Source: Hyphochytrium catenoides (Eukaryota > Protista > Hyphochytriomycota). Taken from it: 64,000 nucleotides of DNA. The stretch's first letter is position 1; each line of letters begins with the position of its first letter. The position numbers were made by a program, and so were the translations under genes. Below, piece after piece: positions 12,133-24,886 of the stretch. The notes beneath the pieces were generated by a model, which worked only from the letters and a program-made list of their open reading frames with translations, searched no databases and was not told where the DNA came from. Where the stretch lies: positions 62,001-126,000 of the forward strand of contig FLMG01001070.1 in assembly GCA_900088475.1 (NCBI GenBank). Direction: 5' to 3'.

Positions 12133-15100
12133 ATGGCGAACAAAAGGAAGACACTGGAAAAAGTGAGGGAAAGGGCTAGAGCACAGGTTGCCCATGGCGC
12201 TGGACATTTAGAAGGAGAGGACGAGGGACTAGGTTCATCGTTTCTGCCCGCCTCTCTGCCCTCTCCCAGCTCGTCCCTCTACCGAGACCCGATTTACCTT
12301 CGTAAAGCTGCCGGACGACTTCTTCTTTTTGCGCTGGGCCTTGCGTTTAGCCTCACACTGCCCCTTGCCTTTATGAAAGTCTACACTTCTCTGGTGGACT
12401 TCACCCCTCGGCCATCCTCTTCCAGAACATCGCCGAGTGGTAGCTTGGAAATGTTATCTGGTCCAGTAAAGCAAGATGATAAGGCTTTCTTGCGCTGGTT
12501 CAGTTCTATTGGCGGAGAGAGTCCAAAGGTCACCTTAGGTCATTTTCCAGGAGAAGGAAGAGGGTTGATGGCTACCAATGCTATCACTGAAAAGGTGAGG
12601 TAGGGCCGGGAAGTTCGACCAACTACCCAGCAGCTTGCGGGGAAGAACCGCGTTGAGAGAGCAAGGGCAGAGCAAAAGACAGCTAGGTGGAAAGAGGTGG
12701 AGGGATAGAAAGAGTGACCAGCATAGGGCACATACAGGAACGAAGCGGAGAGAATGTGATAAGAAGGAAGCGCCGTAGATTGTGTTCATGACTCTGATCT
12801 TTGCGACCTCCTAATTTTTCTAACGTTGTGGCGACCATTAGGACCTCCTAATATCTGTCCCCATGGACTGGGTTATCTGTCGGGAGACTATAGTGAAGAC
12901 GGCATCCCCTACGGACCGAGCGATCTATGAAGCTGTGCGCGAGGATGAGGATGCTCTCTCACTCTTTCTTATTAAGCAACTTGCTCTGGGAAGTCAATCT
13001 CCATGGTGGCCATATCTTAAGGTGCGCACCCTCGGCTATCCGTGCTCAATCTCGACGTTTATCAGGCAGTTATGTTGTCGCTAAATACTTGCCAGTGTCT
13101 CCATAGATCTACTCATCTCTCACTCCGTCACATTTGTTGCTTCTTACGTATCAACTGTAGGTTCTCCCTTCGGCGGTCCCGGTGCCCCTTTCCTTTGAGG
13201 CTTGGGAATTGCAAGCCATTCAAGAGGAGGGTGAAATTGATTGGGCGAGACAGGAGAGACAAAGGCTTGAAGAGTCATTTCAGTCTTTGGAGAGCAAGCT
13301 AAGAGTCCTGTTGAACGATATAACTCAAACAACCACGAAGGAAGCCAAAGTCCTGCACAAGGATAAGCTGGAGTCCTCGTCTGAGTTTGGCTCCCTAGCT
13401 CTATTTTTCTGGGCTAAAGCGGTCCTTAGCTCCCGGGCTCTTACTATACGAGGGGACCAGTTCCTTGTTCCCTTTGCAGACATGGTAAACTATAAACCTG
13501 ATCCCCAGAAGAGGACCTCGAGCAACGGGGAACGTTTCCTGGCTTATCATAAGGTACATCGACAAGGTACGCCAGTTCAATCTGCTTTCTCCGCTAAGAT
13601 GCCTCAATTTCTTATCTTCATTTCTGCTACGTCCTCCTTATTATTAGAGTTTCGAGTATACGCAGACCGCAACACGGCTCTGGGTGAACAGCATTATGAA
13701 GACTATGGAGACAACGACAACTACATTTACTTCAGACACCACGGCTTCATAGCGCAGAATAATCCCTACGACTGCGTTACTATCCCTCTGCCTCTGCTTA
13801 CGGAGGAAGGTCAGCAGCATCGCCATCTTACATCTGTTGCACATGCTTTGCTTATTGAAGATGCTCTTGTGCCTAGTGAAGATACAACCTGACTCTCTAA
13901 CCTGACTGTCTATCTTACCATCCGCTCTGCTTTATATTAGATCCATCTAGCGAGAGAAAGAGGGCGCTAATGGAGAGAATGCGTCTGATGTCTCCGCCCT
14001 ATCCATGCGTCAATCCCAACAACGAGCAGCCGGTTCATGGCGCCATAAGTGAGGACGCCAAGAGAGTTAGCAAACTTCTCTCTCCTGCTTCTCTGCTATA
14101 TCTCAAAGTATTCTTTATGGACGAGGAAGTGCTGAGCAGATGCGGAGGCAGCCCTTCTCCCGAAAACTGTGAGAGGCCTGGGAAGCAAGAGCAAGAGATC
14201 CTGGACTGGTTAGCGAAAGCTGTAGAGCATCGCCTGCGAGAATTTCCGACCACCTTCCAGCAAGACGAGGAGCTCCTCAAAAGGGTCAGTCTAAACCATT
14301 TAATGTGACTGATCTCGGACTCTTGCAGTGCCAATTTTCTTTTCCCTTTTTTATTAGATAACCACGCTGGCCACGCTTTAACGTTTCATTTCTCTATGGC
14401 GGATTTCCTTTGTTATGTCTACCTGGCGCTCTGTGTTCAGTGGCAAGAGTCAAAGAGCACACAGGTCAGCGATGGTATGAAGGTAGCCGTTCAGTTCAGA
14501 GCGACAAGAAAGAAGCTTCTAGGCGAAGTTCTTGTCAAAGCGGCCTGGGAAAACGCCTCGTTGCTGGAAGAGCTGATGGGAGTCGCAAGACTAGGTGAAG
14601 AGGAGCAGGAGAGAGAAGTTGACACAGAGGAGTCTGGCTTGCTTATGCCTACAGACCAAGAAGAGACGTCTAAATCATCGACAACAGAGGAGCTCCATGC
14701 GTCGCTGGAACTTTTCAATCGCTGGGTAGCGGAGCAGAAATTTCCAAAGAACAAGCTGAGAGTAACCGCTTTCCAAGGAATGAGACTTGGTATGAATACT
14801 ACTAGCCGTCCACGCATTAGGGTTGATCGCAATGTTGCCTACATAGAATAGCACTGCGCACGAGATTATGTTTCCTGAAGTTTCCTCTTCCTGTTCCTCT
14901 TACCTGTCTGCGTACGTCTTCGGCAGACCTTCATTCTTTTCAGAATGGCGCTAGTCCGTAACGTGTCCCTGGACTCAGGGATCAACTGTTAACGCCATGC
15001 CTCAATTACCCATTTGCGAGCCTCTCAGCCTCTTACGCTAAGACCCTTCGCTGCATCGTAGGAACCCAAGCAATGGAGGCTATCAAGCAAGGAGAACTGT

Positions 15101-17318
15101 ACCTTTCGGTGCCTCTTTCTGCTATAATGGATAGCACGTCTGCTCATCGCTGTTCTACGCTTGGGCCCGTCTTCGCGGAGATCTCTACCATGTTTGGCCG
15201 AAGGGACCCACACCAGGAGCTGCTGCTTCATCTCATCTATGAGATGTTCGTCAAAGGTGGGCAAAGGAAGAGAGAGATGGAATAGTTCGCTTAAAAGCAT
15301 TGTTAAGAAGAGTCTTGAGCCTGAAATGGACGTGAAAGGCTCGGCTGACAGGTCTCTCGGCTAGGGAGGGACTGAATAGATATGAATTTCTGCGATCTTA
15401 GGCTTCCTGCTGTGAACTTTTGCAGGGAAGAGCTCTCATTGGTATCCGTACCTTGCTCTCTTACCCAAGTACTCGGATCTGCAAGTCCCACTTCTCTTCT
15501 CAAAGGAGGAGCAGGAGCTACTGGTTGGCTCCTCTGTCTATCAGGATTTGACCTTTTACCGAGAAAAATTGCGATACAGGTCTTGCCGCTCATCCACTTT
15601 CCTCGGTCCGCCATGCCTGCCCTGATCCGGGTCTTCTTTGGCTTATCTTCCTCTCTCTCATTCACTCTCTTTCTCTCTCTCCCCCTGTGGCTCTGCTTTC
15701 TAACAACGGCTTCCTCGCGCAGATACAACTCGTTATGGGGCAACGTACTCTCTCTCTTTCCAAAAGTCTTTTCGAAGGAAGTCTTCACCCTAGAGAACTA
15801 CCTGTATGCAAACATTATACTCGACAGCAGGAGCATCTGGTGGGACGGAGACCGGCATCTGGTGCCTGTGCTGGACATGATCAACTGCATGGAAGGACCA
15901 GATCCTTCACAGGTTCACAGGACGGACTTGGACCCGTACGTGCTGCTTCTTGGGGAACACCCAGCTTAAGCCAGCGGGGTTGGAAGGGCGAGAGCTGGGA
16001 ATGAGGAAGATATGCGGGAAAAGGTGGACCAAAAGAAGTCAAACGTAATGCAGAAAGGGAAACAATGGGAAGACAACGAAAGGAGACAATCTCCCGTGAA
16101 ACCGCTCAAGGAAAAGAGCCCAAGTCTGACTGGTAGAGGGTAAAGATCAGCGCACCATGAGGAGAAAGGATGCTACTGAGAGGGACGCGACGCGCTGGCA
16201 CAGAGCAGCGAAACGCATAGTTAGAATAGCAAAAAAACAACACATCTCAGAACTAACCGTCCCATTCTTGCCTGCCTGATTAGGGCTCGTCAGAACGCGG
16301 AGACGAAGGCTGCGTGGGACTTCTCTGAAGGGGAGCAAGTCTTTGAAAACTACGGCCAGCCCAACCATATCTACTTCCTCTACCACGGCTTCACCTTAGA
16401 AGATAACTCCCATGACTGTTTGCAGCTCTTGGTGAGCCTGACAGACGAAGAGGCTGCCAGACACAAACCAGAGGTGAGGGCAGCCCTCGTGCTCACAACC
16501 TCGCTCCTTCGTGTACTTCTCTCTTATTCAGTCCAGCCTTGCTCCCTTGATCGTTCTCCCTCTACTCCTCAATACACCATTATGCCTTGCAACTATGTCT
16601 CTACAAGTGCCTCATCTAGGTGGGCACCGCTGCTTAGCTTTGGATGATGTCCCCACATATTCTCCTGCTTCGTAAGTCCCGCTAATCGAGTCGTTTTGTA
16701 TGCAGAGTCTAAGGTTAGCTCTTCGGCATCTGGGCTTCTATTCGTTGCAAAACACCTTCTGCTTATCTCCGGAGAGCATTCCGGAGAAGTTGTTAGACTT
16801 CCTATTCCTGAAGTATGACCCTGAGAGAGTCGAAAGAAATCGAAGGGAGAGATCACGGCTTTCCTATGAGAAGCTACTAGAAGTGCTTGAGGAGACTCGT
16901 GCCAACTATCGCGTGCCTCTTGGCGAAGCAATTGAGAGGCTTGCGCAGCCAAGGTACCGTAGATACATCTGAAGAAGAGGACCAAATATGAAGAGAAGTT
17001 CCCATTTACACTTATAGATGGCCATCTCTGTCTTCGCAGCTCGCCGCTGACTGTCTTCTTTCCGAATTTCTTTCCTGTCTGTTGCTGTCGTCGGACTCCT
17101 CTCGGTCCAACCATTACGAGTCCCTTCTGTCCTATCTCACCATCCGCTGTCCGGCTAACGTCTTTGTTGACTTACTACACAGGAACCTGTCGGGCAGGGA
17201 GCTGACCATACTGAAGTTCATCGTCCAAGAACAGCGACTCCTGGAGGCGTTAATCGAGCGCTTGGAGACAAAACTGGGAAGAACAGAGATAAAAAGACAG
17301 GAGAAGACAGAACTCTAA
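12133..17318 (+). CDS. Protein with N-terminal TM helix and two tandem SET + Rubisco-LSMT substrate-binding modules, C-terminus KTEL
   Basis: TM LLLFALGLAFSLTLPLAFM. SET1: GEGRGLMAT, SPWWPYLK, WAKAVLSSRAL, LVPFADMVNY, GEQHYEDYGDNDN, RHHGF. SET2: GMRLG, GELYLSVP, SHWYPYL, ILDSRSIW, LVPVLDMINC, GEQVFENYGQPNHIYFLYHGF. Ends EIKRQEKTEL*. Confidence 0.8.
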
Positions 17319-17658
17319 CGCCACCTCATGAGCCAGCGGCTGGTCATAGCCTTAAGGGCTACCTTTTATTGCATCACTCTGTTCCCACTTGACCAGAGAA
17401 GTGGGATGCAAGGACAATGTAGCAGGCACTGTCAGCGTGGGCTATACAAATGAAAAGAACGGACCCTGTTAGAAGCAATTATCAGTACATGGCTTCGAAG
17501 GCCAAGGCTCCAACGGGCAGGTAATATAACGTCATTTTGACAGCTTAGGTTCTTGGAGATACTGCCCTAAGGGGTAATGCCGGCCCACTAGAGTGACGAG
17601 CTTCATCCAAAAAGACACGAACTCTTGGTACGACCATCCATTTAAGGTCCTCCTCACT

Positions 17659-17701
17659 AGTACTTGCACCTGGACAATAGAGTACTTGCACCTGGACAAT
17701 A
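17659..17701. repeat. 22-bp period tandem duplication
   Basis: agtacttgcacctggacaata at 17659-17679 and 17681-17701. Confidence 0.85.
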
Positions 17702-18035
17702 CAGCCTTCCGTGTGTCGGCAATAGACTTGTCACCGACAGGGCCTCTATGGGGCCTAGTGCTTACTCTCTTCTGTAGATTGATAACGATGTCCCCAAGAT
17801 GGCAGCAGCATCTATCGCCGTCAAGACATCTCCTCTTGCTATAGATATCGAAGAAAAGAGGGAAAGAGCTGAGAAGAGAGACTACTCGTACTAAAAATAG
17901 TAGTGCTAGAAAGAAAAGCTTCTTAGGGAGTGGGAGGCAGCCTGGGAGGAGAGAGAGAAAGAGAGAGAGAAAGAGAGACAATGAAGAGACAGAAGAGATA
18001 TGACAAGTGGGCCGTTGGCGGCTTTGGGTCACTGC

Positions 18036-18064
18036 TTCCCGCCAAAGAGACAGCATTCCCGCGC
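18036..18064. promoter_or_regulatory. Putative E2F-type motifs upstream of PCH2
   Basis: TTCCCGCCAAA (18036-18046) and TTCCCGCGC (18056-18064), about 500 bp upstream of the PCH2 ATG; motif match only. Confidence 0.3.
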
Positions 18065-18544
18065 TTTATTATTGTATTCGATCACTGTACAATTCAGGAA
18101 CGGCCGATACAACAACAACGCACAAATGGTGGTACTCTGTACTGCACAGAGACAAGGCGCTTCTCATCCCCCTTCTGATGACAGAGAGGTTTGGGTCTTG
18201 GGGAATCATGAGTTTTATTGCTTTATTTTTGTCTGTAAAATTCTTCAGAATAAAATGATTCTGAAGTCTTCAGAATGTAAAAACATCCTGTCAGTGTTGG
18301 CTTTATCGGATCTGGAAAGGAATCTGTTAGCCGCGGCCTGTTGCCCAAACCGAGAAGGATTGACACTGGGACGTTCTATTACTCTTGCCTTAAAAGGCGG
18401 TCATTCTTGTTCTGCAAGGATTTTCTGACATTGCAGGTATCTATCGATTGAAGATTATTCTTGTCCTAAAAGATGCCTAGAGATTGAAAGGCGCAACAGT
18501 TTTCTAGATAACACTCACAATTCGCTGCGCAGCCATTTTATCGT

Positions 18545-20810
18545 ATGGATCTCACAACGAAAGTACCTGTGCATGGTGAGACCATTCTTTAATCATCTTG
18601 TACCGCGTTGCTTCTCCTAAGACCATCTCATTGCGTAGTGGAGGTCTGCCTTGACCCACAGAGTGCTCCCGATATCGCAAAGATAAAGGAGCGCGTCCAA
18701 AAGCTCCTTGAAGCTAACGCTCAGGCTTTTGTGAACGGTATGAGAGAGACATTGCATTGTAAAACATCGCTAATTAAACCTGCACAGGACCGATACGGTT
18801 TGACGATGACCTTTCACTAAACTCAGCTGTAAGCTCCATTCGGATTGTAGACATAGGTCCGTCGCGATTGTCGAGGTAGCATAATCTATCGAGTTCTAAC
18901 TAGCTCTTAGATGAGACTCAGCTTAAGCAAGTGCCGTGCTGGCAAGCGGACCTTCAAATCCATGTCTATCAGCTTTCGCAGGTAATTGCCCTAGACGAGA
19001 TATTTATTTCTGCCTTGTTTGACATCTCGGCCCCAGGAAGGGCCAGAGGAAGAGACAGCAGGAGGCGGCGGAGATGAGAGCTTGGTTTCGTGCCACCAGA
19101 GGGTGTTGCCAGCAGCAGAGTTTGCCGATCTGTGGGAAAGGTACCTGACGAGAAGTGTGCTAAAGGATAAGTGATGACCACTGACTTCCTTGACATGGGC
19201 GCCCAGTCTGGTCTTTGACTCAAACATAAAGCAAAATCTGCTCGAATACGTCTCGACCGCAATGCTTTTTTCAGATAGGAAGATTCTGTCATCGATTATC
19301 GCATGCAACCGGTGCGTACATGACCGCAGGGTCCTCTGTTCATACTACCCAGTGCTCGCTACTAGCCCTCTCGCCTTTTCTTCCACACATCTTGGCGTAA
19401 TACGTCGTTGCCTTCTTCAGCGTCATCCTTCTGCACGGTCCTCCTGGGACTGGCAAGACAAGTCTGTGCAAAGCTTTGGCCCAGAAGCTGTCAATACGTC
19501 TCTCTGACAGGTAGGTTAACCAGAAGACATCTGTCGTACGTTGAAGAGCTGATCGGAAGTCGCCTAGATATCAGAACGGCGTACTCCTAGAAATCAATGC
19601 ACATAGTCTCTTCAGTAAGGTAAAATGACTGCCTCTGACTGGTGGAACCCCAAGGGTTTATACTGACTGAAGCCGATGCAGTGGTTCTCAGAAAGCGGAA
19701 AGTTAGTGGGGAGACTGTTTCAACATATCCAAGAGCTAGTAGATGATGAAGATACGTTTGTATCTGTGCTTATCGGTAAGAGATTAGCCTGGTATCGTTC
19801 TTTCCCACATTCTCACGAACCATGCTCCTCACGGTTTGGACTAAACCTTCTTTTCTTAAAGATGAAGTTGAGTCCCTTGCCGCTGCAAGGAGCGCTGCAC
19901 TGTCCGGATCTGAGCCCTCCGACGCTGTACGCGTTGTCAATGCGCTGCTCACCCAGATTGACGCACTAAGGATTCATAGGAACGTCCTTATCCTTACGTC
20001 CTCAAACATAACTGAAGCTATTGACATTGCCTTTGTCGATAGGGCGGATATCAAGCAGTAAGTTTGCCACTCTTACCTGGAGCGTTGCTCTGTAAAGTGC
20101 TTTGGCCTCTGATGGGCCTCGTTGATGGATACCAAGTGTCTTTTCAACGCCTCATGTTCCCTAAAGCTGTGGCGCCTGGGATGGGCCATACTGATTCCAC
20201 GTGGCCAGCCACAGCCCACTCCCAGGGTATCTGCGACCTCCTCCTTATCGAAATAATCCATCCTTGCATATCAGGTACATTGGCCTACCTTCAAGCACCG
20301 CGCGGCACCTGATTGTCAAGTCTTGGCTTGAGGAGTTGATGCGAGTCGGCATCATTTATCCACAAGAGCCAGTGCCAGAGTTGCAGGACCGGGGCCAGTT
20401 TCCCAATGAGGAGAGTCAGTATACTAGGGAGGACCTGATGGCTCGACTGATCCTTATGACAGAGGTAGAGCCCTTTTGTGACTCTACTCAGTCAATGCGT
20501 CGGAGAGCCTGAAAGCCTACTTCACGTCGTTGCGTCACAGGCAAAAAGTGGTCGTGCGCTCCGAAAGCTTCCTCTGAAGGCTCACTCAAGCTTTGTGAGG
20601 GTACGGCAGTTTGCCTTTGAAGTTGCGAAATAGTCTTTCTTATTTGCCCACTTGCTTGATGTCTCATCTCGCCTTAGCTGCTAACATCCCTCTTATCCAC
20701 TATTTCAGAAACCAAGCTGCACTTTGCGAGAATTCCTCATCGCTTGCTTACGAACTCTGCAAAGCGAGGCCGAGAATAACTCCCAGATGGACACCAAGGA
20801 ATCAACGTAA
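18545..20810 (+). CDS. PCH2: Pachytene checkpoint AAA+ ATPase PCH2/TRIP13 (multi-exon)
   Basis: [43 protein letters not shown] (Walker A), [69 protein letters not shown]. Confidence 0.95.
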
Positions 20811-21062
20811 CGAGAAGCCTCTTTTCAAGTGGTCAGAGCGGGAGCTATTCCTGCCACGCCTCCGATCGTCTTATTGGCATGTCTTTCGTCTTTGTTAAAT
20901 GAGGTCGTAGAGTACCTATCACTAGTTGGGGCTGGTGGCCAAATCCGGGGAGTTGGCCTCTCAGGATGCTGTATACTAAATGCATGAAGTGGGCAAGCTT
21001 TTATTTTGTGTGTTAAGAGTGTGACAAAAGTGGAAAGAGATGGGGATGACATAGAACTAGGG

Positions 21063-23074
21063 TTATGGTGCCGGAACCTCTATCATGTCTCTCGCTAGGG
21101 TGAAGGCACCAACCAATGACCCAAGCTGTAACTTCTCTGTCGTAGCAAACGCGAGCCGATACCTGCCAGCGAGACATAGGATTGAAACAATATAACCAGT
21201 CAGACGTTTCTTACATTGACTACGGCACAAAGTCGGGAGGGAGAGAGAGCAATGGATCTTAAGAGAGACTTACTCTACGTTTGACAGCTCGTTGATTAAA
21301 TAGCCGAGAGCTTTAGGAGGCAGCTCTAACCTCATCACCAGCGCTGCCACCTCCTTCACGATATCGGTCAACGCATATCCATTCGTCACCATCATATCTC
21401 TGCAGCGCACACAGTCAGTAAATCTTCGCATACTTTCCGGGCAAATGGGTAAATGGGGTTTGTCGCAGCCAGCTTATCACGAAAGGCCAATCGTAGAAGG
21501 GAAGAGACATCAGGTAAACTAAAGCTACGGTCTAGATGCCTATTAGTGGAGTCAAGCCGTCATGAGAGTGAACAATGTACGAGGTAGAGCTCACAACGGA
21601 TAACAAATATGCCATAAGAAGAGGTGAAGACTCGTACCGTAAAAAGTAATACGTCTCATCGAACTCCTTATTGAGCAAAGAGTCAAGGACTCGCTTAAGA
21701 TCCTGGGGCTGGGGAGTGCCTGTGCATAGGCAAACATTCACCTCATTCACAGTGTCATAGGCCATGGCCGTAGACTAATGCGGTGACAACCAGAGAAGGA
21801 GAAAGTAAGATATCGTTAAGGGTACAGACTGAGCTTGCAAGGTGCTTTTTAGGTGGACAGACCTGAAGTATGTTCAATATCTTTCTCATATCTCCCTGGC
21901 CGAGCCTGAGGATAGCCTCAAAACCATCACTGGTCACATTCACCCTGAAGAGCACCATCAAAATGATGTTGCGGCCGAAGCAAGAAAGGGAGCGAAATGT
22001 ACAGAAAAGACATGACAGGCATGAGAAATCGGGGACAGAAAGGGCATATGCCGTCTACAAGTGTAACTTACCCTTCCTGCTCTATAACATATCTCAATCG
22101 AGAGGTAATCTGTTGGGGCCTCAAGGGAGAGAATCTGAACCTCGTACACCGCGATTGCAAAGCTGGGATAATCTTGCTGACATAGTTGCATATCAAACAA
22201 AATCGGGCGTTCTTCGTATACTTCTCAATCACTAGAGAAACACGGCGTACGTGCGACTGGCAGAGTCAGTCTCTTGACTCTCCTGACGCACATTACACTG
22301 GTGGAAAGCTATCTACCTCTTCTAAGGGAGAACTGCGCATCGCTCGTCATTGCATCAGCCTCATCTAAGATAATCAACTTGATCCCGGAGCTATTCAGTG
22401 TAGATGTCAGTGTCAACTCCAGAAGAATAATTTGATCGAGTAGTATATGGGCTTGCTAAGTTAACGAATGGACAGGGAGGGTATCGAGGCTTCTGAAGGT
22501 ACCTGAACAGTTTTTTGGTTCCTGCAAACTCCTTGATTTGGTTCCGTACAATGTCGATACCACGGTCATCTGAGGCATTGAGCTGTGGGATAGGTTGGAG
22601 GCGAAGTTAGCTATTCCTTCACACGCTCCTTATTCTCCCGTCAATTCGGCCTTACCTCTAGTACCATTGAAGAGAAGTTCGGGCCGTACATTCTTCTGGC
22701 TGTGGCCAGGATGGCTGATGTTTTACCGGTTCCCGGAGGTCCATAGAATAACAAGTGGGGCAACCTCTGAGCATCAATGAGGCGGTTAACTGTGAAATGG
22801 GAAAATGCAGAAAGGTGGAATGAGCATAACGTCATCCTAGGAGTATGGATTGGGTGCCCTCACTTGTCGAGATTATGTCCTCATGAGCTATCAGGTCGCT
22901 TAACTCCTTGGGTCGGTACTTCTCTACCCATGGGAGGTTCTTTTCCTGTCCGTCAGCGCGCAAGACTCTCTTTTGCTTCCCTTTAGGGCTTGGAGGTCTA
23001 GCGTCATCTTCCACCTCCATGGTCTGTACACCCTCATGATCAGAGGTATCCATGCTCTCGTCCACCCCAGCCAT
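21063..23074 (-). CDS. RFC5: Replication factor C small subunit (human RFC5 / yeast Rfc3 type)
   Basis: [110 protein letters not shown]. Confidence 0.93.
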
Positions 23075-23287
23075 TATCGACGTCCAATAAACGTGGATAT
23101 ATCACACTTCTTATTCGTTCGATCCCCAGATTACTGTTGCTAGTGTCGCAGCAGATAGAGGGGGTGGACGCGAGAGCTCAGGGATGTGGCTGGCTCATTG
23201 CCCCAATACGAAGCAGATCAATCAGCTTTCTCCTGCCCTTTCTGAAGATTATTGCCTCTCAATGATCAGCCAAAGCTCAAAAAAAGC

Positions 23288-23483
23288 GCGCGAAATCCTT
23301 CCGAAGGTTTCCATTCGGGGAAACTATTCTTATGGTGGAAATAATAAAGCATTGTACTGATGTGCCACTATGAAAGAATTCGACAGGAAAGTAATGCCGT
23401 ATTGGGAGGAAGCTTTTGGCGCCACCTATCAGGAATACTGTCTGCATCATGGTTCTACTACTTTGCTTTCCTCTCCCGCCAAA
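23288..23483. promoter_or_regulatory. Cluster of E2F-type motifs upstream of RFC5
   Basis: GCGCGAAA (23288-23295; TTTCGCGC on minus), TTTGGCGC (23415-23422), CCCGCCAAA (23475-23483), 210-410 bp upstream of the RFC5 ATG. Confidence 0.35.
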
Positions 23484-24544
23484 AACGGTCAGACGAACTT
23501 CATCATCATCATCATATCATCATCATCCAGAGGCTGGAGCGGTAAACGCAGCTACTTGCTGTCATATCCTCTTCTTCTTCAAGAGAAGTACATCAACAAC
23601 TGTCCCTCAATCGCTGATGAACAGAGGTCTCATGGTGGGAGCTATTCTGATTCATTGTGATGGCGTAGTAGGGCTTTGTAGCTGAGTCGGGATACATACT
23701 ATGGAGAATCATCCTACCCAAGGACCCAACATCATCATTACCTCATCGAGACTACCATTAGTCAAGGTGGTGCCGAGTATGTTCGACTTCTCCTGTTCAT
23801 TCTCAAGTCGGGAGTCATACAGCAGCTAGCTGCTGTATTATTATAAACAGTGACGATGGTTGCCGCTAGATGATGTCTTGGTAGGTGAGAGAATCCAAAG
23901 TACTAGGCAATGATGGCAGTAGAAGTAGAAGAGTTGATATTCTACAATCACCCTCCTGATATGTGAGAGTGCAACTATTTCCTGAGGAGTGTCTTACCAC
24001 CAACCATGCTGCTGGTGGAATGCCTCTCAGAGCGACAAGAGAAGTGCGAAGATTTTAGGCTGTATGGGATTTAGGAATTAGCAACTCGACAGGCGCTAGT
24101 AGCTAACTAGAGTGGTCCTCTCCTCTGTCGCAAGAACGCATAGCCATAGTCACTAAGGTTGGATAGACGAGGTCAATGCCAACCAATGTTAGAAGAAGAT
24201 ACTACCCTAACTTTAAAGAGTCCATCTTCCGCAGCTGCTTCTACACCTCAGCGCCAATTCTTCTACCGAAGAGAAGTAGCTCTGGCTGTTAGGACTGCCC
24301 TTTCACTTCTTTCTACCACCACAAGTCTCACTCAAAACCTCTGTCCGCATCTGTTGGACAACGCTAAGATAATAATAATAGAGGAGTGAGCAGAAATAGT
24401 GCTCTGGAAGAAAAGAGAAGCGAAGCAAGAGTAGCCCCAGGGAAGCTAATATTCCTTGGTGTAGCCTTGAAGATTCCCACGCCTATCCACTCCTCTTCTC
24501 GTTAGACTCTCACGTCCGCATCGACGAGAGATATGGATCAGAAG

Positions 24545-24622
24545 GAGAGACACACAGAGAGAGAGAGAGAGAGAGACAGACAGAGACAGACAGAGAGAGA
24601 GAGAGAGTGAGAGGGAGAGAGA

Positions 24623-24653
<31 letters not shown>
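24545..24653. repeat. (GA)n microsatellite
   Basis: Imperfect GA dinucleotide run upstream of the ACAD gene. Confidence 0.95.
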
Positions 24654-24886
24654 GAAGTTACAGCGCAGGGCTTCTTCAACTCAGGATCCTTCCGAGCTCA
24701 GCATTAGTTCATCCATCCTTTATCCATTCTCTCACAGAGCGGCAAACCACCAGCAGCCCAGAGCACCTCAAGAGAGTTCGAAACACGCCGGACAAGAGTG
24801 CACCTAATCGCTTGCCGTCCATAGTCTCAGTGACCACAACGAGGACAAGCCTACTAAGGAAAGCAGACCAGCAGACACGGAGAAAG

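Noticed and set aside
23360-24389. Short overlapping ORFs between RFC5 and the ACAD gene
   Set aside because: No family motifs, (CAT)n low complexity and no consistent splice model
24510-24560. Minus-strand translation LLLIHISRRCGR resembles the Nextera adapter artefact peptide LSLIHI
   Set aside because: The nucleotide sequence does not match CTGTCTCTTATACACATCT; coincidental
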